DNA of 64,000 nucleotides. Origin: Thermodesulfobacteriota bacterium. GTDB taxonomy: Bacteria; Desulfobacterota; Desulfobacteria; Desulfobacterales; C00003060. Below the pieces are notes generated by a model. The model was not told the DNA's origin. It ran no database searches and saw nothing but the letters and a program-made list of their open reading frames with translations. Positions within the stretch are counted from its first letter, which is position 1. Each line of letters starts with the position of its first letter. Both the position numbers and the translations under genes were made by a program. Positions 61,188 through 64,000 of the stretch are shown here, one piece after another. The stretch spans positions 64,001 to 128,000 of the forward strand of contig JAXHVD010000005.1 of NCBI GenBank assembly GCA_034189385.1, written 5' to 3'.

Positions 61188-62045
61188 ATGATGACAACCC
61201 ATGCCTTTGGTTACGGTAAACTGGATCAGCCGGAAGTACTGGACTCGCTCTTTCATCCTCGTCAAGAGATTGACGCCACCGCGCCACCGGACGCCATTGA
61301 CCATGACATGACGGTAGAAGAGGGCGTTTCCATCAGTGCCAGGTTTCATTTGGCTGAGGAGGAAGCACCGAACATTTTGTTTTTTCATGGCAATGGAGAA
61401 ATCGTTGCTGATTATGACCCCGTGGGTCCCATCTACAATGACCACGGACTGAGCTTCCTCGCCGTGGACTATCGGGGCTACGGGAGGAGCGGCGGGCTGC
61501 CCACGGTAACGGCCATGATGAAAGACGCTCATGTGGTTTTTGGGAAGATCCGGGCCTGGCTGAAAGATGAGAATCGTAATGGACCCCTTCTAGTCATGGG
61601 GAGATCCCTGGGGAGTGCCTGTGCTGTGGATCTGGCCGCTTCCTACGAGGCAGACGTTGCCGGTCTCATTATTGAGAGTGGATTCGCCCACACCGTGCCT
61701 CTGTTGACTTGTCTAGGTATTGACACACAGACTTTGGGCATTACCGAGGTCGATGGATTTAGGAATCTGGAAAAGATTGCACAAGTTGCCACGCCCACGC
61801 TGACCATACATGCCCGTTATGACCAGATCATCCCTGCAATGAGTGCGGAGCTTTTGCAGGTGCACTGTGCCGCACGGAGCAAGGAATTCCACATGATCCC
61901 TGGCGCTGACCACAACACCATCATGGCCCACGCCGGCAAATTCTACTTTGAGATCATCAAGCGATTTACTAATAAAATCGAGGGAAAACGCCCAAAGCGC
62001 TCCTACAAAGAAAGACGCAAGGCATCACTTGAGGAGACCGATTAG
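61188..62045 (+). CDS. Alpha/beta hydrolase
   Basis: FHGNGE, DYRGYG, GRSLG nucleophile elbow, GADHN. Confidence 0.9.
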   Translation: MMTTHAFGYGKLDQPEVLDSLFHPRQEIDATAPPDAIDHDMTVEEGVSISARFHLAEEEAPNILFFHGNGEIVADYDPVGPIYNDHGLSFLAVDYRGYGRSGGLPTVTAMMKDAHVVFGKIRAWLKDENRNGPLLVMGRSLGSACAVDLAASYEADVAGLIIESGFAHTVPLLTCLGIDTQTLGITEVDGFRNLEKIAQVATPTLTIHARYDQIIPAMSAELLQVHCAARSKEFHMIPGADHNTIMAHAGKFYFEIIKRFTNKIEGKRPKRSYKERRKASLEETD

Positions 62046-62118
62046 ATGGACAGGTGCAACTTCTGTTACGTGGCCTTCTCGTTGGAGAGATGTCAGGCGC
62101 AGACAGGAAGAAAGAAGA

Positions 62119-62195
62119 TGGTGGCGGTGCAGGGACTCGAACCCCGGACACTGCGGATATGAGCCGCATGCTCTAACCGACTGAGCTACACCGCC
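62119..62195 (-). tRNA. tRNA-Met(CAT), elongator-type
   Basis: Minus strand GGCGGTGTAGCTCAG...TGCGG-CT-CAT-AT-CCGCA...GTTCGA...CACCGCCACCA. Confidence 0.93.
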
Positions 62196-62461
62196 ACACA
62201 GAGGGACCCTTGAGATGTGCAACCTTATATATAATACTAACACCTTTTGACTTTGCCAAGCCAAAAGGTGTGCCTGTTGTGTGAAGCCGAATCTCCTGAC
62301 GTCAAGTTGGGCCTAGATATCACCTTGCCGTTTATTAGTCAAGGACACTGCTTTTGAATGTTGAGGCTTCACGGTTTAGGCGGTACGCCACGGTTATGCA
62401 ACTCAATATCCATAAGCCTTGTTAAACCAATCCCCTTAGGGTTTGGAGATTTCTGGAGGCA

Positions 62462-63082
62462 ATGAGCTATTCCTGTTCCGGGGCAATCTTGTCCGGTGGT
62501 CTGAATACCCGAATGGGAGGTCAAAACAAGGCCTTTGTTTCAGTTGGAAATCAGCGGATTTTAGATTGCCTTTACAACACGTTCCAGAACCTTTTCCCAG
62601 AGCTGCTCCTGGTTACCAATGATCCGCTAGCATACCTATCATGGGACATGATGATCGTAACGGATCTTTTCGCCATTCGCAGTTCCCTTACCGGCATTCA
62701 TGCCGCCCTTTTTCATTGCTCCCAACCCCATGTCTTTGTCACGGCCTGTGACACCCCCTTCATGAAACGGGAACTCGTCACCGCCCTTTTGGACGAACTC
62801 GAGCCAAAGTGGGATGTGATCATGCCTGTCACCGAGGAGGGACATCAGCCCCTGTGCGCTATCTATTCCAAACGTTGCCTTAAGCCCATTGCACATCAGC
62901 TTGAGCATGAGGATCCCAGGATCGTGAACTTCTTCTCCAAGGTCAAGGTAAAAGAGGTGCCGGAAGAAAAGCTGAGGGCCGCAGATCCTGATCTCACATC
63001 CTTTTTTAACATCAATACCCCGGAAGACCTGGCTACGTCTGAAAAGATATTGGCACAAGGCCTTGAAGAGTTCCGGCATTGA
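62462..63082 (+). CDS. mobA: Molybdenum cofactor guanylyltransferase
   Basis: ILSGG..TRMGG.NKA, ACDTPF, PLCAIY, NINTPED. Confidence 0.92.
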   Translation: MSYSCSGAILSGGLNTRMGGQNKAFVSVGNQRILDCLYNTFQNLFPELLLVTNDPLAYLSWDMMIVTDLFAIRSSLTGIHAALFHCSQPHVFVTACDTPFMKRELVTALLDELEPKWDVIMPVTEEGHQPLCAIYSKRCLKPIAHQLEHEDPRIVNFFSKVKVKEVPEEKLRAADPDLTSFFNINTPEDLATSEKILAQGLEEFRH

Positions 63083-63273
63083 CTGCATTCGCCACAAGGC
63101 TATAGTGCATCGGGCTCCCTGCTCAGGGCCAACCTAATGCGGGATAACCATTCCACGGGTCTCAAGACTTGTGCCCGCAGATTTCCCCATCCCTAGGCTT
63201 CCATTGTATGGAAAAGGCCCAAACCACTGCGTTGCCGTTTTCTGGAAACCTCGCCACGTTTCTAGCTTCTATT

Positions 63274-64000
63274 TCAAATGGTTGAGATGGGTGCGCCTCT
63301 TTTCAAGCCGTGAGGCGCAGACTTGAGTGAAGTTCTAAGGCGGGATGAGTTTGTCAGGAATGTCTGCTCCACGAAATCAGCAAGGCCCTGTACGTCGTCT
63401 AACTCAAAGCGGGGCACGCCAAGGTCCAGGGGGGCGTCTGATACCAGGGCCACGAGATGGTCGTCCATGGTGCAAAGGGGTTTGTCATGGACCTGGCTCC
63501 GAAAGATCTCTATCTTAGGTTTGTCCTGCCTTTTGTACCCTTCGGTCAAGATAATATCCACGTCTTGAAAATACTTGGAAGCAAGGCCGTCAAGGGTCGC
63601 CTCTGTGTCCATATCTCTGATGACCGACACCTTTTTAGGCGATGAGATGACTACAGTGTGGGCCCCGGCCTTCTTGTGACGCCAGCTGTCTTTTCCTTCA
63701 TGATCAATGTCAAAGCCATGGACATCGTGTTTAATGGTTCCCACACGATAGCCCCTTGTCTTCAATTCCGGTACAAGCTTTTCCAGCAGGGTTGTTTTCC
63801 CGGAGTCTGATTTGCCTACAACGGAGACAATGGGGGCCGTGTTGGCCTCCTGTTCGTGGGCTTTCTCCCGTTCAAGGCAAGGGTTTGTGGACAAAGGCCG
63901 CTGAAATGGGTGGAGCGGTTGGACCATCACTTGCTCCCCCCTTCGCAAGCTGCTTCTTTCTGGCTCCACAAGGATCAACCCATTGGCCATGGCCATGGCG
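63274..64000 (-). CDS. mobB: MobB with an N-terminal MoeA C-terminal-like segment (5'-truncated by window edge)
   Basis: GKSDSGKTT, IKHDVH, GKDSWRH, EGYK; upstream ANGLILV...GEQVMV resembles MoeA domain IV. Confidence 0.85.
   Translation of the reverse strand, partial: AMAMANGLILVEPERSSLRRGEQVMVQPLHPFQRPLSTNPCLEREKAHEQEANTAPIVSVVGKSDSGKTTLLEKLVPELKTRGYRVGTIKHDVHGFDIDHEGKDSWRHKKAGAHTVVISSPKKVSVIRDMDTEATLDGLASKYFQDVDIILTEGYKRQDKPKIEIFRSQVHDKPLCTMDDHLVALVSDAPLDLGVPRFELDDVQGLADFVEQTFLTNSSRLRTSLKSAPHGLKRGAPISTI

Noticed and set aside
62300..62461. Moco riboswitch upstream of mobA
   Set aside because: Consensus elements could not be matched by eye; needs an Infernal scan
1..64000. CRISPR array, rRNA, prophage or transposase
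   Set aside because: No repeat-spacer arrays or such genes recognised in the window

Overview
Chromosomal window from a deltaproteobacterial (Desulfobacterota-like) sulfate reducer. The right half is a respiratory supercluster: dsrABD-dsrN, tetraheme cytochrome c3, tatB/tatC, tRNA-Leu, dsrT-MKJOP and qrcABCD. No dsrC was found in the window. The left half carries metal and Fe-S housekeeping genes (Fur-FeoA fusion, feoAB, ZnuA, a fur/zur relic, an ORP-type cluster). Three things stand out. (1) Two adjacent genes are reciprocal chimeras, [LplA-like N-half + acyl-CoA ligase C-part] and [acyl-CoA ligase N-part + LplA-like C-half], co-transcribed with a sodium:solute symporter. (2) An 11-heme lipoprotein cytochrome is split in the ORF track by an in-frame TGA that follows a Cys and precedes a SECIS-like hairpin, so it is probably a Cys-Sec selenoprotein. 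(3) An uncharacterised post-translational modification locus lies directly upstream of dsrAB: two YcaO proteins, a B12-radical SAM fused to a trigger-factor-like FKBP domain and TPRs, a PrmA-like methyltransferase, YkgJ, TPR and kinase-like proteins. MITE-like elements flank the first ycaO. All calls come from motif recognition by eye; no database searches were run.
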